Shown in pieces: positions 44,800 to 57,008 of a stretch of DNA of 64,000 bases (within the stretch, counting starts at the first letter, position 1; each line of letters opens with the position of its first letter). This DNA is from Gammaproteobacteria bacterium (lineage in GTDB: Bacteria > Pseudomonadota > Gammaproteobacteria > GCA-2400775): the NCBI GenBank assembly GCA_013151045.1, contig JAADIY010000017.1:10458-74457 (forward strand), written 5' to 3'. The position numbers were made by a program, and so were the translations under genes. The notes below the pieces were generated by a model. That model did no database searches. It was not told the DNA's origin and saw only the letters and a program-made list of their open reading frames with translations.

Positions 44800-45072
44800 C
44801 AATTATTTTGGCAACACTGTTGCGCCTAAAAAAGTACCAGACAACGCGCCCTCGGGGTGCAAGGCAAGAAGAGAGAAACTTGGTGATTCCAAATAAGCGA
44901 CGAACAACGCGGTATGGCGTTTTTTTAGACTCAACCCGAAGCGCCGATGATCATTTTTCACCCAACGGCGTTGTTGCTCGTTTATGTGGCACAACCACAT
45001 CGCACTCGCGCCGCTTTGCTCGACAAAAAATGATCATCGGCAGTGCTGCCAAAATAATTGTTAACACTCCCT
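44788..45072. mobile_element. MITE-like non-autonomous element (~285 bp)
   Basis: Terminal inverted repeats 44792-44819 / 45041-45068 match 27/28 (30/32 if extended to 44788/45072). Two internal IR-closed arms, no transposase, no clear target-site duplication. Confidence 0.75.
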
Positions 45073-45092
45073 CTAGACAGGCTTAGTACTCT

Positions 45093-45542
45093 ATGGATAT
45101 TAGAAAAGTTAAAAAACTCATCGAGCTGCTTGAAGAATCAGGCATCAATGAAATTGAGATTCATGAAGGCGAAGAATCAGTACGCATCAGCCGTGGTAGC
45201 AGTGTCACCACGTCAGTTATTGCTGCTGCGCCACCTGTACATCACGCTGTTACAGGTGGCGCAGTCGCGACAGCCGCACCACCCACCCCTGTCGAAACAG
45301 CGGTTAGCGGTCATATTATGCGCGCACCGATGGTTGGGACTTTTTATCGCTCACCTTCGCCCGGCGCCAAGCCTTTTGCCGAAGTTGGTGCCACGGTAAA
45401 AGCCGGTGACACGCTCTGCATTATTGAAGCAATGAAAATGCTTAACCAAATTGAAGCAGATGTTGGCGGTACCATTGTTGAAATTCTGGGTGAAAACGGC
45501 CAGCCCGTCGAATTTGACCAGCCTCTTTTTGTCATTGAATAA
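45093..45542 (+). CDS. accB: Biotin carboxyl carrier protein
   Basis: [33 protein letters not shown]. Confidence 0.98.
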   Translation: MDIRKVKKLIELLEESGINEIEIHEGEESVRISRGSSVTTSVIAAAPPVHHAVTGGAVATAAPPTPVETAVSGHIMRAPMVGTFYRSPSPGAKPFAEVGATVKAGDTLCIIEAMKMLNQIEADVGGTIVEILGENGQPVEFDQPLFVIE

Positions 45543-45554
45543 GCGGCTGTAACG

Positions 45555-46898
45555 ATGTTTGATAAAGTCCTAATCGCCAACCGAGGCGAAATCGCCCTTC
45601 GCGTACTGCGCGCTTGTCGCGAACTCGGTATTCGCACGGTTGCTGTTCACTCTACAGCCGACCGCGATCTTAAACATGTACGCCTTGCTGACGAATCTGT
45701 CTGTATCGGCGGCCCTAATTCTGTCGATAGCTACTTAAACGTGCCTGCACTCATTAGCGCAGCCGAAGTCACTGACTCTATCGCTATTCATCCTGGTTAC
45801 GGATTTCTTTCAGAAAATGCTGACTTTGCTGAGCGCGTAGAACAAAGCGGTTTTACTTTTATTGGACCTCGCCCCGAAACCATTCGCACTATGGGCGATA
45901 AAGTTGCCGCCATTGCTACTATGAAAAAAGCCGGCATTCCTTGTGTGCCCGGATCCGATGGGCCAATAGGCAATAATAACGAAACTAACTTGCGTATAGC
46001 CCGCAAGATAGGTTATCCGATTATTGTCAAAGCTGCGGGCGGCGGCGGTGGTCGCGGCATGCGTGCTGTCCACACCGAAGCAAGCTTGCTGACTGCAATC
46101 TCCTTGACGCGTACCGAAGCAGCCAATGCCTTTGGTAATGACACGCTGTACATGGAAAAATATTTAGAAAACCCTCGCCATATCGAGGTGCAAGTATTAG
46201 CCGATGAGCATGGTAATGCGGTGCACCTTGGCGAGCGCGATTGCTCTATGCAGCGTCGCCACCAAAAAATTATTGAAGAAGCTCCAGCACCAGGCATTGA
46301 CGCTAAAACACGTAAAAAAATTGGCTCACTTTGCGCTAAAGCCTGTCGTGACATTAGCTATCGTGGCGTTGGCACCTTTGAGTTTCTTTATGAAAACGGT
46401 GAGTTTTATTTCATTGAAATGAATACTCGCCTGCAAGTTGAACACACAGTAACGGAAATGATTACCGGTATCGACTTAGTGAAACAACAATTATTAGTTG
46501 CCGCAGGCGAAAAGCTTTCGCTGCGACAAGATAATGTTGTCTTCAGCGGCCATGCCATTGAATGTCGTATTAATGCCGAAGACCCAGAAAATTTTATGCC
46601 TTCACCCGGCACTATCAAACAGTTTCACATGCCTGGCGGCCCGGGCATTCGTATCGATTCGCATCTTTATAGTGGTTATGTGGTCCCGCCTTACTATGAT
46701 TCGATGGTGGGCAAACTTATCGCTCATGGTGAAGACCGCAAATCTGCTTTGGCACGAATGCGTAATGCACTTAACGAAATCGTTATCGAAGGAATCAAAA
46801 CTAATGTGCCCTTACATCAAAACCTGGTTGACGACAGCAAGTTTGCCATTGGTGGCACGAGCATCCATTACCTCGAACGCAAGCTTGGCATTAGCTAG
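45555..46898 (+). CDS. accC: Biotin carboxylase
   Basis: [45 protein letters not shown]. Confidence 0.98.
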   Translation: MFDKVLIANRGEIALRVLRACRELGIRTVAVHSTADRDLKHVRLADESVCIGGPNSVDSYLNVPALISAAEVTDSIAIHPGYGFLSENADFAERVEQSGFTFIGPRPETIRTMGDKVAAIATMKKAGIPCVPGSDGPIGNNNETNLRIARKIGYPIIVKAAGGGGGRGMRAVHTEASLLTAISLTRTEAANAFGNDTLYMEKYLENPRHIEVQVLADEHGNAVHLGERDCSMQRRHQKIIEEAPAPGIDAKTRKKIGSLCAKACRDISYRGVGTFEFLYENGEFYFIEMNTRLQVEHTVTEMITGIDLVKQQLLVAAGEKLSLRQDNVVFSGHAIECRINAEDPENFMPSPGTIKQFHMPGGPGIRIDSHLYSGYVVPPYYDSMVGKLIAHGEDRKSALARMRNALNEIVIEGIKTNVPLHQNLVDDSKFAIGGTSIHYLERKLGIS

Positions 46899-46951
46899 CT
46901 TAGCCCTACGCACATAAAGATAGAATTGGCAATCCTGCCACGCCAATCATT

Positions 46952-47863
46952 ATGAGCGAGACTAAAACATGGCTGCAAATTATTGTTAGTGTTAACGCCA
47001 ACAATAGTGATGCAATTTCAGAACACTTAGAGTCTATGGGCGCACTCGCCGTCACGCTGCAAGACGGCACGCCAAATGGCGTAGAGGAAGCACTTTACGA
47101 AACTGAGCCTCACAGCGAAAGCCAGTGGCAAAACACTAAAGTCGTTGGCCTATTCGATGGCGACCAAGACAGCGTGCTTTTGAGCGTACAATTTCAACAA
47201 TACTGTGGCGAAACCTACCCTAAGTTCAAAATTGAAACTTTGCAAGACGAAGCTTGGGAGCGACGCTGCCTAGAACACGTCAAACCCATGCGTTTTGGTA
47301 GTAGTCTATGGATTTATCCGAGCTGGAGCGAGGATCAACCGCCACCCAACGCTCGCGTAGTCAGCCTTGACCCCGGCCTTGCCTTTGGTACTGGCACCCA
47401 TCCGACAACTTCTCTTTGCTTAGAATGGATAGACAACTGCAACTTCACTAACAAATCCGTTATCGACTATGGCTGTGGCTCAGGCATTCTCGCGGTAGCA
47501 GCGATTAAATGCGGCGCTGAGCACGTTGATGCTGTCGACCATGATGACCAAGCCGTTTTGGCAACGACCGATAATGCAGAAAAAAACCAATGTTCTGCTC
47601 AGATCAGCGCCTACCTGCCAGAGCAATTTAGCCAAGCCAGCACCGGCCCTGTCGATATCGTATTCGCCAACATCCTTGCTGGCCCACTGATCAATCTTGC
47701 CAACACTTTAGCCAATTTGTGTCGTCAGCATGGAAAGTTGATCCTGTCCGGACTATTATCAGAGCACCATGACACCATCCATAGCGCCTATTCACCATGG
47801 TTTACGCTAGCAGCACCACGCGAAAAGGATGGCTGGCTATTAATCGAATACACTAAAAAATGA
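46952..47863 (+). CDS. prmA: Ribosomal protein L11 methyltransferase
   Basis: LDPGLAFGTGTHPTT.LCL.W, IDYGCGSGIL, ANILAGPL. Confidence 0.96.
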   Translation: MSETKTWLQIIVSVNANNSDAISEHLESMGALAVTLQDGTPNGVEEALYETEPHSESQWQNTKVVGLFDGDQDSVLLSVQFQQYCGETYPKFKIETLQDEAWERRCLEHVKPMRFGSSLWIYPSWSEDQPPPNARVVSLDPGLAFGTGTHPTTSLCLEWIDNCNFTNKSVIDYGCGSGILAVAAIKCGAEHVDAVDHDDQAVLATTDNAEKNQCSAQISAYLPEQFSQASTGPVDIVFANILAGPLINLANTLANLCRQHGKLILSGLLSEHHDTIHSAYSPWFTLAAPREKDGWLLIEYTKK

Positions 47864-48465
47864 ACAACACTGTGAATGATTCAGGGAACAACCAAATAGA
47901 ACCTAAACGTGGCATTGAAGCAGCGCTACGTGAACATACGCTGCACCCCAAGGACACGCTGCACCATCACAGCCAGCTACACCTGCCTCGTCGCTCATTT
48001 CGTTGGGTCGCGATTACCTTATTGCTCATCGTCTTCTTGATCGTACAGCTTAGCTTTGGCTTTCAAAAAGAGCTGCGCGCCTACCCTGCGGCAGAACCCT
48101 GGCTATCACTGCTTTGCAAATGGCTGCCTTGTCAAGTCACTGAAAACGACCCATATAAGGTATTACGTATTGTCAGTCGCGAGGTGATTGCACACCCGTC
48201 GACAAAAAACGCCGTGCAAGTAAATGCCACTATCATCAACCAAGACAATCGAGCATTGCCCTTCCCAAGACTGGGCTTAAGCTTCAAAAATATTGATGGC
48301 CAAGTCATTGCAAACAGAGAATTCGAGCCTGAAGAGTATCTCGCTGATGACTTAGATCAAAATAAGAGCATGCCGTCACATGAGCTGATCCGCGTCTCGC
48401 TAGACCTAGTTGATCCGGGCAACAGCGCCGTTGCCTTTGAATTTACCTTCAGCTCTGCCCATTAA
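47860..48465 (+). CDS. DUF3426-like protein (short form)
   Basis: TM helix, C..L.C, FP.L.L.F.NIDG.VIA.REF.PEEYL, DPG..AV.F; usual position between prmA and dusB. Confidence 0.8.
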   Translation: MNNTVNDSGNNQIEPKRGIEAALREHTLHPKDTLHHHSQLHLPRRSFRWVAITLLLIVFLIVQLSFGFQKELRAYPAAEPWLSLLCKWLPCQVTENDPYKVLRIVSREVIAHPSTKNAVQVNATIINQDNRALPFPRLGLSFKNIDGQVIANREFEPEEYLADDLDQNKSMPSHELIRVSLDLVDPGNSAVAFEFTFSSAH

Positions 48466-48583
48466 ATTGGTCACAAAATAGTCAATCAATGCTTCCAAAG
48501 GCCAAGCAAAATTTAGTATGATGTTTGGCCTTTTCTTTTAGGTGATACTGCAGATAACGCCTTAACTGTCTGACTCAACCATC

Positions 48584-49573
48584 ATGTTCAAAATTGGCCC
48601 TTACACTCTGAAAAACAATGTCGTACTAGCACCTATGGCGGGCGTCACCGATCGTCCTTTTCGCCAGCTGTGCAAGAAGATGGGTGCAGGCATGGCTGTC
48701 TCAGAAATGGTGTCATCCAATTCCCTTTTATGGGGCAGCGAAAAAACCAAACGCCGTGCCAACCATGATGGCGAAGTCGAGCCACGCTCCATACAAATCG
48801 CTGGTACCGACCCAAAATTGATGGCAGAAGCCGCCAAACATAATGTCGATAACGGTGCGCAAATCATCGACATCAACATGGGTTGCCCAGCGAAAAAAGT
48901 CTGCAACGTTATGGCCGGGTCTGCTTTGCTGCAATACGAAGACAAAGTCGCCGCTATTTTAAAATCTGTCGTTAACGCAGTTGACGTTCCGGTGACTTTG
49001 AAAATTCGTACCGGCTGGGATACTGATCATCGTAATGGCGTTAGCATTGCACGCATTGCAGAAGATTGCGGCGTGCAAGCTTTAGCTGTTCATGGTCGCA
49101 CTCGCGCCTGTGCTTATAAAGGCAATGCTGAATACGACACCATTGCGGCAATCAAAAGTGAAATCAATATTCCGGTTATTGCCAACGGTGATATCACTAC
49201 GCCGCAAAAAGCGCGCGAAGTTCTTGAATACACAAAAGCAGACGCCGTAATGATTGGTCGTGCTGCACAAGGTCGACCTTGGTTGTTAGGAATTATCGAT
49301 CACTATCTGCAACACGATGAATTATTAGTTGACCCACCCACGCATGAAATCCGTGATATCATGCTTTCGCATCTCGAAAATCTATACGCCTTTTATGGTG
49401 AATACAGCGGGGTGCGCATCGCGCGCAAACATATCTCTTGGTACAGTAAAGGGCAAAGAGATGGAGCCGCCTTTCGACATGCTATGAACCGCGTTGAAAG
49501 TGCAGACGCTCAACTCACTATGGCGCGTACGTTTTTTGATCAACTAGAAAATAAAATAGGTCAAGCTGCGTGA
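48584..49573 (+). CDS. dusB: tRNA dihydrouridine synthase B
   Basis: LAPMAGVTDRPFR, IDINMGCPAKKVC, VHGRTRAC, MIGRAAQGRPW. Confidence 0.97.
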   Translation: MFKIGPYTLKNNVVLAPMAGVTDRPFRQLCKKMGAGMAVSEMVSSNSLLWGSEKTKRRANHDGEVEPRSIQIAGTDPKLMAEAAKHNVDNGAQIIDINMGCPAKKVCNVMAGSALLQYEDKVAAILKSVVNAVDVPVTLKIRTGWDTDHRNGVSIARIAEDCGVQALAVHGRTRACAYKGNAEYDTIAAIKSEINIPVIANGDITTPQKAREVLEYTKADAVMIGRAAQGRPWLLGIIDHYLQHDELLVDPPTHEIRDIMLSHLENLYAFYGEYSGVRIARKHISWYSKGQRDGAAFRHAMNRVESADAQLTMARTFFDQLENKIGQAA

Positions 49574-49875
49574 GCGCACTATCAAAAGATATTATTGAAT
49601 TGAATGCTAATGCCATGAACAACGGCACTAGCAACCTGGAAAACAGACTTCCATTAAATGGCCATGTCAAAGCCGCTATACAACATTATTTTAATGACCT
49701 TGATGGCCATATGCCAGAAGATCTTTATAAAATGGTATTAAGCGAAGTAGAAAAACCTTTGTTTGAAACTGTGTTGCAACAATGCGGCAACAATCTTAGC
49801 CAAGCCGCGCGTCTACTTGGTATTAACCGCGCAACATTACGCAAAAAATTGTGCCAGTACGGCATCGAACACTAA
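49570..49875 (+). CDS. fis: Fis DNA-binding protein
   Basis: LY.MVL.EVEKPL, GNNLSQAA..LGINRATLRKKL; follows dusB. Confidence 0.93.
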   Translation: MSALSKDIIELNANAMNNGTSNLENRLPLNGHVKAAIQHYFNDLDGHMPEDLYKMVLSEVEKPLFETVLQQCGNNLSQAARLLGINRATLRKKLCQYGIEH

Positions 49876-49913
49876 CCTCTAGCGCCCTTCTTTTAGGGTA
49901 AGTCATTAAAATC

Positions 49914-51476
49914 ATGCCTATTAAACGTGCTTTAATCAGTGTTTCTGACAAACGTGGCGTCGTTGAGTTTGCTCGCGAGATGAGTCAACTTGGTGTCAGC
50001 CTACTCTCTACCGGTGGTACCGCTAAGTTACTCGAAGAAAATAATATCGATGTCATCGAGGTATCTGAACATACCGGCTTTCCTGAAATCATGGGCGGAC
50101 GTGTTAAAACGCTACACCCAAAAATTCATGGTGGCATATTAGGTCGTCGCAGCATCGATGACGATGTTGCTACAGAGCATAATATAGACTACATCGACTT
50201 AGTCTGCGTTAACCTCTATCCGTTTGCAGCAACAATCGCTAAACCAGATTGCTCGTTTGATGACGCAATTGAAAACATCGATATTGGCGGCCCTGCCATG
50301 GTTCGGGCGGCCGCGAAAAACCATTCTTCGGTAGCTATCGTTACCGATCCTGACGACTATGATTCAATCATTGATGAATTAAAAAATGGCGGCGCTAACA
50401 TTAATGATGCTCTGCGCTTAGAGCTAGCGCGTAAGGCCTTTGCACACACAGCAAATTACGACGGTGCGGTATCAAACTACCTGGGCAGTTTAAAGCCTAA
50501 TCAAGATGATCCATTTCCAACTAGCTATAGTGTGCAATTTAATAAAGCTCAGTCTTTACGCTACGGTGAGAACCCGCATCAACGTGCAGCGTTCTACCGT
50601 GATCTTGAAATCTCCAGTGGCAATGTTGCTAATGCCAAGCAGATTCAAGGCAAGGCCATGTCGTTTAACAATATCGCCGATGCCGATGCCGCATTAGAAT
50701 GTATTAAAGCATTAGGCACAGCACCCGCCTGTGTCATTGTTAAACACGCCAACCCATGTGGTGTTGCTTATGGCAGCGACTTATTAAGCGCTTACCAACG
50801 GGCTTTTAGTTGTGATCCCACCTCAGCTTTTGGCGGCATTATTGCGTTTAACCAAGAGCTTGACGACGTCACCGCGAAAGCGATTATTGAACGTCAATTT
50901 GTAGAGGTTATTATCGCGCCTAGCATTGGTGATACCGCACGTGAAATGCTGGCAGAAAAAAACAACGTCAGAGTATTAGCTTGTGGCGAATGGCTAGCGC
51001 CGAGCACACAACAATACGATTACAAGCGCGTCAACGGTGGCCTATTAGTACAAGACAGTGACTACGGTACCTTAAGCGACGACATGATCAAAGTCGTCAC
51101 CACCCGCACACCCAGCGAGAATGAAATGTGTGATCTGCGTTTCGCCTGGTCAGTCGCGAAATATGTTAAGTCTAATGCAATTGTTTATGCTAAAGACCAA
51201 TTTACAGTTGGCATCGGTGCGGGTCAGATGAGCCGCATCGATAGCGCCCGCATTGCTGCAAGCAAAGCACAAGATGCAGGATTCGATGTCAGTGGCAGCG
51301 TAATGTCGTCCGATGCCTTCTTCCCGTTTCGCGATGGCTTAGACAGCGCCGCCAAAGTCGGCGTTACCGCAGTCATTCAACCCGGTGGCTCTATACGTGA
51401 CGACGAGGTCATTGAAGCCGCTAACGAACATAATATTGCCATGGTCTTTACCGGCATGCGCCACTTCCGCCACTAA
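49914..51476 (+). CDS. purH: AICAR transformylase/IMP cyclohydrolase
   Basis: [49 protein letters not shown]. Confidence 0.98.
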   Translation: MPIKRALISVSDKRGVVEFAREMSQLGVSLLSTGGTAKLLEENNIDVIEVSEHTGFPEIMGGRVKTLHPKIHGGILGRRSIDDDVATEHNIDYIDLVCVNLYPFAATIAKPDCSFDDAIENIDIGGPAMVRAAAKNHSSVAIVTDPDDYDSIIDELKNGGANINDALRLELARKAFAHTANYDGAVSNYLGSLKPNQDDPFPTSYSVQFNKAQSLRYGENPHQRAAFYRDLEISSGNVANAKQIQGKAMSFNNIADADAALECIKALGTAPACVIVKHANPCGVAYGSDLLSAYQRAFSCDPTSAFGGIIAFNQELDDVTAKAIIERQFVEVIIAPSIGDTAREMLAEKNNVRVLACGEWLAPSTQQYDYKRVNGGLLVQDSDYGTLSDDMIKVVTTRTPSENEMCDLRFAWSVAKYVKSNAIVYAKDQFTVGIGAGQMSRIDSARIAASKAQDAGFDVSGSVMSSDAFFPFRDGLDSAAKVGVTAVIQPGGSIRDDEVIEAANEHNIAMVFTGMRHFRH

Positions 51477-51493
51477 CATAAACGAATACGCGC

Positions 51494-52774
51494 ATGAATA
51501 TATTAATCGTTGGTAGTGGTGGTCGCGAACACGCTCTCGCTTGGAAGGCGTCGCACTCGGCAAAGGTCGAAACCGTTTACGTCGCTCCGGGCAATGCCGG
51601 CACTGCGATGGAAGCCAATATAGAAAATATTAATATCAGCGCCGAAGACCAGCAAGCGCTGTTACAGTTTGCCCAAGAAAAAAATATCGGTCTTACCATT
51701 ATTGGGCCTGAAGTGCCTTTAGTGGCCGGGATTGTTGATTTATTTCAAGCAAACAATCTCGCCTGTTTTGGTCCGTCACAAAAAGCCGCGCAACTTGAAG
51801 CGTCAAAAGCCTATACCAAAGACTTTCTCGAACGCCACAATATTCCGACTGCGTTTTATTCAAGCTTTAACGATGCCGACAGCGCGGTTGATTATTTAAA
51901 ACAACAAACGCTTCCCGTTGTTATCAAAGCCGATGGGCTAGCTGCAGGTAAAGGCGTCGTTATCGTCGAAGACCTGCAACACGGCATCGATACCATTCAT
52001 AGCATGATGCAAGCCGGTAAGTTCGGCAGCGCCGGCGAACGCATCGTTATAGAAGAATTTTTACAAGGCGAAGAAGCAAGCTTTATCGCCATGGTCGACG
52101 GTAAGAATATTTTGCCGCTGGCAACATCGCAAGATCACAAAGCACGCGATGAAGGTGACAAAGGTCCGAACACTGGCGGCATGGGCGCATATTCACCCGC
52201 ACCGATTATTGATGACGCCCTGCACCAACGCATCATGAATGAAGTGATGATTCCCACTGTTGAAGGCATGGCTGCTGAAGGCGCACCGTATACCGGCTTT
52301 CTCTATGCTGGAGTAATGATCACCGCCGATGGCACACCCAAGGTATTAGAGTTTAACTGCCGCTTTGGCGACCCTGAAACACAACCGATTATGATGCGCT
52401 TGCAAAGTGATTTAGTTGAACTATGCTTCGCAGCCCTTGATGGAAAACTAGACAAAACAACAGTCAAATGGGATCCACGCGTAGCACTCGGCGTTGTCTT
52501 AGCCGCTGGCGGCTACCCCGACAGCTATCGTAAAGGCGATGTCATTTCTGGTTTAGACAAGGTCAGCAGCGGCAAGGTATTTCATGCCGGCACCGCGACA
52601 AGCAATGGCAATGTCGTAACCAACGGCGGTCGCGTATTGTGCGTCTGTGGCCTGGGTGATAATGCACTGCAAGCTCAAGCAGCTGCCTATGCGTCAGTGG
52701 CATCAATAAATTGGGCAGATATCCAGTACCGCAAGGATATCGGTCACCGCGCCGTCTCTCGCTTGGCCGAGTAA
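51494..52774 (+). CDS. purD: Phosphoribosylamine-glycine ligase
   Basis: GSGGREHAL, KADGLAAGKGV, GPNTGGMGAYSP, EFNCRFGDPE. Confidence 0.98.
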   Translation: MNILIVGSGGREHALAWKASHSAKVETVYVAPGNAGTAMEANIENINISAEDQQALLQFAQEKNIGLTIIGPEVPLVAGIVDLFQANNLACFGPSQKAAQLEASKAYTKDFLERHNIPTAFYSSFNDADSAVDYLKQQTLPVVIKADGLAAGKGVVIVEDLQHGIDTIHSMMQAGKFGSAGERIVIEEFLQGEEASFIAMVDGKNILPLATSQDHKARDEGDKGPNTGGMGAYSPAPIIDDALHQRIMNEVMIPTVEGMAAEGAPYTGFLYAGVMITADGTPKVLEFNCRFGDPETQPIMMRLQSDLVELCFAALDGKLDKTTVKWDPRVALGVVLAAGGYPDSYRKGDVISGLDKVSSGKVFHAGTATSNGNVVTNGGRVLCVCGLGDNALQAQAAAYASVASINWADIQYRKDIGHRAVSRLAE

Positions 52775-52779
52775 GCCTG

Positions 52780-54275
<1,496 letters not shown>

Positions 54276-54365
54276 TCAACCTGAAACGAGTAAACTGCTG
54301 CCTTCAACAAGGCTTTATAGCTTATTAATGCATTAATTTAGGTAAATCACTTAGGTAAAAATACA

Positions 54366-54875
54366 ATGGACAACAATGACGATCTCATCACTATTCAAAA
54401 AAATCGCGTAGGGTATTTTCAATTCACCCTAAAAGACGACGATGATAATATTCTGATGGAAGCTGATGAAGACCGTAGTTATGTCCACGGCCACGGCGCA
54501 TTGATCGTTGGTTTAGAAAATGCCTTAGAAGGCCACAAAAATGGCGATGAATTTTCCGTAGCCATTCCTCCTGCACAAGCCTATGGCGAACATAGCCCTG
54601 ACCTTGAGCGTGTGTTTGGCATTGATAAGTTTGATATGGGTGATGACGAACCGGAAATTGGTATGACCTTTGACCTTCCTAGCAATACTGGCTTCCATCG
54701 TTTTCGTGTAGTAGGCATTGAAGGTAAAAATATCGCTGCCGATGGTAACCACCCTTGGGCAGGCATGACGCTGCATTACGACATAAAAGTCACTGGCGTA
54801 CGCGATGCTAAAGCCGAAGAAATTGAGAAAAAAGCACCGATTGAAATCGCAGTACAGAGCATCATAGGCGCCTAA
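54366..54875 (+). CDS. SlyD-like FKBP peptidyl-prolyl isomerase (no His-rich tail)
   Basis: YVHGHG.LI.GLE.AL.G, P.QAYGE, DGNHPWAG.TL.Y...V..VR.A. Confidence 0.88.
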   Translation: MDNNDDLITIQKNRVGYFQFTLKDDDDNILMEADEDRSYVHGHGALIVGLENALEGHKNGDEFSVAIPPAQAYGEHSPDLERVFGIDKFDMGDDEPEIGMTFDLPSNTGFHRFRVVGIEGKNIAADGNHPWAGMTLHYDIKVTGVRDAKAEEIEKKAPIEIAVQSIIGA

Positions 54876-54891
54876 ACCATCAAGGCTTGAA

Positions 54892-55692
54892 TTAGATTGG
54901 TCGTTTCGGCCTTGAAATTTTTTTTAATTGCTCAAGAATATCGCCATAACCACCAGTAATCACTTGTCGCAGATCTTCACGCGCTGACTCATGTGTCTTA
55001 CCCGCTGCGGCCATTTGCGCAACCAATTGATCAAATTGCTCTCGACACTCACTCGCTAAATCACTACTGCCACGGCGACTCTGTACCGGGCTCATTAGCG
55101 TTGAACCACACTGACAGTTACGAAATAGCTCTACGATTGCTTGCTCATCATCAGTAAAGCCTTGCTTGAGACCAGCGCCTGCTGTCGTTGACACCGTATC
55201 ACGTATGAATTCACCAATTGTTTGATAAATACGACCACAATTTCGGCACGTCTTCGGAAAGTCATCATCAACGACCGCACATAAACCCACCACATTCATT
55301 GTCGGTTTTGCTTTGTTCAAGTCCACTTGTTGTTCAAGCAAACCTTGTAGAACTTCGACGATAGCGGGTGACTGACCTAGATAAGGCGTCATTTCAATTG
55401 CACAATCATCATGCTTAAGTCGCGAAGCTGACACAATATTTGGAATATCTTCGCCAACATGGCGCCCTTCGCTTAAAAAGTAGGGCATTATTACTATTCG
55501 CTTAGCGCCAGCTAAAACCGCATGATCAATCGCATCAGGGATACTTGGCTCAGCCAGCTCTAAGAAAGCGCTACTTACTGCGGCAAACTCAACAGCTGAA
55601 TTTAAACGCGCAGCGAGCTCAAAGACTTCTTGATTAGCACTTTCACGCCGACTGCCATGAGCAACCAACAGTAAATGAGAACCGCGATCCAT
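54892..55692 (-). CDS. CbiX/SirB-type chelatase fused to a Cys-rich unknown domain
   Basis: LLLVAHGSR, AFLELAEPSI, PYFL..GRHV..DIP (aa 1-120), then FPKTCRNCGR...ELFRNCQCGSTLM. Confidence 0.8.
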   Translation of the reverse strand: MDRGSHLLLVAHGSRRESANQEVFELAARLNSAVEFAAVSSAFLELAEPSIPDAIDHAVLAGAKRIVIMPYFLSEGRHVGEDIPNIVSASRLKHDDCAIEMTPYLGQSPAIVEVLQGLLEQQVDLNKAKPTMNVVGLCAVVDDDFPKTCRNCGRIYQTIGEFIRDTVSTTAGAGLKQGFTDDEQAIVELFRNCQCGSTLMSPVQSRRGSSDLASECREQFDQLVAQMAAAGKTHESAREDLRQVITGGYGDILEQLKKISRPKRPI

Positions 55693-55785
55693 AGTTTCTC
55701 CAGCTAAACACTAGCCATTACAATACATCCCACCACCATACATCAAAGTGTAATGGTTTTACGCCAAAAAAAACGATGTCCAGCA

Positions 55786-56188
55786 TTAATGCTCAACACA
55801 GAATTCACCAGACTCAGTTGAGAACGGTAAAATTGATTTTGGAACACTCGACTTATGGACGATACGATGATCTTTACCTGCCACCACCGGTGGAATAGCC
55901 ATATCAAAATCATAACCTTTTTGTTCAAACAATGCTTTAGCACCACCTGTTGCCATATTGGTAATTTCACCGACCAAACCTGTTACCGAATCATCCTACT
56001 TAAGGGGATAGTCACCTCACATTTTCTTTGTTTGTTGCACTGCCATACCGATTAATGGCGGTAACATCACCTTTGGCAACATCATCCGATTTTAGCGCTG
56101 GCTGACCTGGCGTCACTTTAATACCCGCCATAGTCGATAAAATATTAACGACCGATTCTAGAAATGGATTTACAAAATCTGCATTCAC
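55786..56188 (-). pseudogene. cheX: CheX chemotaxis phosphatase pseudogene
   Basis: ADFVNPFLESVVNILSTMA...GDVT, then a frameshift (IGMA in another frame), stops and a missing middle, then VGEITNMATGGAK...DFDMAIP.VV.G..H. Confidence 0.85.
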
Positions 56189-56351
56189 TTTGCCTCTTTG
56201 CTGAACAACCGCTACCGCTACAAACATGCCACAGATTTACTATGCCAATATCAACCCGACATCGGACTCCTTATCCATTACAAAATCGGCATTAAAAAGA
56301 AAAACTTGATGTAGCAGCTAAATCTTGCCAATAACGACTATTCAGTAGCGA

Positions 56352-56933
56352 CTACTTAAGCAACTGTTGCGTGTGTTTACGAAACTCTGGTACTAGGTCT
56401 CGTTCATACCAAAGGTTTTTTTTCAGCCATAGCTGATTGCGCGGTGATGGATGCGGCAGCGGCCAATACTGCGGCGCATAATCCTGCCACTTTTTAACCG
56501 TTTCAGTTAGCGTCTTACCTTTTACATCTAGATAATGCTTTTGCGCATACTGTCCAATCAACATGATCGACTGCAAATTAGGGAGTTGTGCTAATAGTCT
56601 TTGATGCCACTGCTCCGCACATTCTTTACGTGGCGGCAAATCGCCTGACTTGCCTGATCCCGGATAACAAAAACCCATCGGCATAATCGCTATACCTGGA
56701 TGCGAGTAAAATGTATTACGATCTACGCCCATCCATTCTCGCAAGCGATTGCCGCTCGGGTCATTCCATGGAATGCTGGTCGCATGGACTTTTCGCCCAG
56801 GCGCTTGACCAATAAGTAATACGCGCGCGGTTTTTTTTATAACCAATATTGGCCGCGGTTCATTAGGCAAATGCTCTGCACAAATTTGGCAAGCACGCAC
56901 CTCACGTAGCAACTTTTGTAGCGTCTCATTCAT
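56352..56933 (-). CDS. Uracil-DNA glycosylase family protein
   Basis: CQIC, LIGQAPGRKVH...PWND.SG.RLR.W, MGFCYPG, LPHPSPRN..W. Confidence 0.9.
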   Translation of the reverse strand: MNETLQKLLREVRACQICAEHLPNEPRPILVIKKTARVLLIGQAPGRKVHATSIPWNDPSGNRLREWMGVDRNTFYSHPGIAIMPMGFCYPGSGKSGDLPPRKECAEQWHQRLLAQLPNLQSIMLIGQYAQKHYLDVKGKTLTETVKKWQDYAPQYWPLPHPSPRNQLWLKKNLWYERDLVPEFRKHTQQLLK

Positions 56934-57008
56934 TCGCAGCTAGTATAGTTAATTCACACTCGCTTAGCCTCTAAACTAGCCCTTAATTAAAGAGTAGCTC
57001 TTAAAATG

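Noticed and set aside
44793-45086. 97-aa and 65-aa ORFs between aroQ and accB
   Set aside because: They are by-products of the palindromic MITE-like element and show no protein features.
48497-48533. Imperfect inverted repeat over the dusB-fis promoter region
   Set aside because: Single occurrence with no recognisable consensus; cannot be told from chance.
54338-54359. TTAGGTAAA direct repeat upstream of the SlyD-like gene
   Set aside because: 9-bp AT-rich repeat with 13-nt period, not seen at other promoters in the window.
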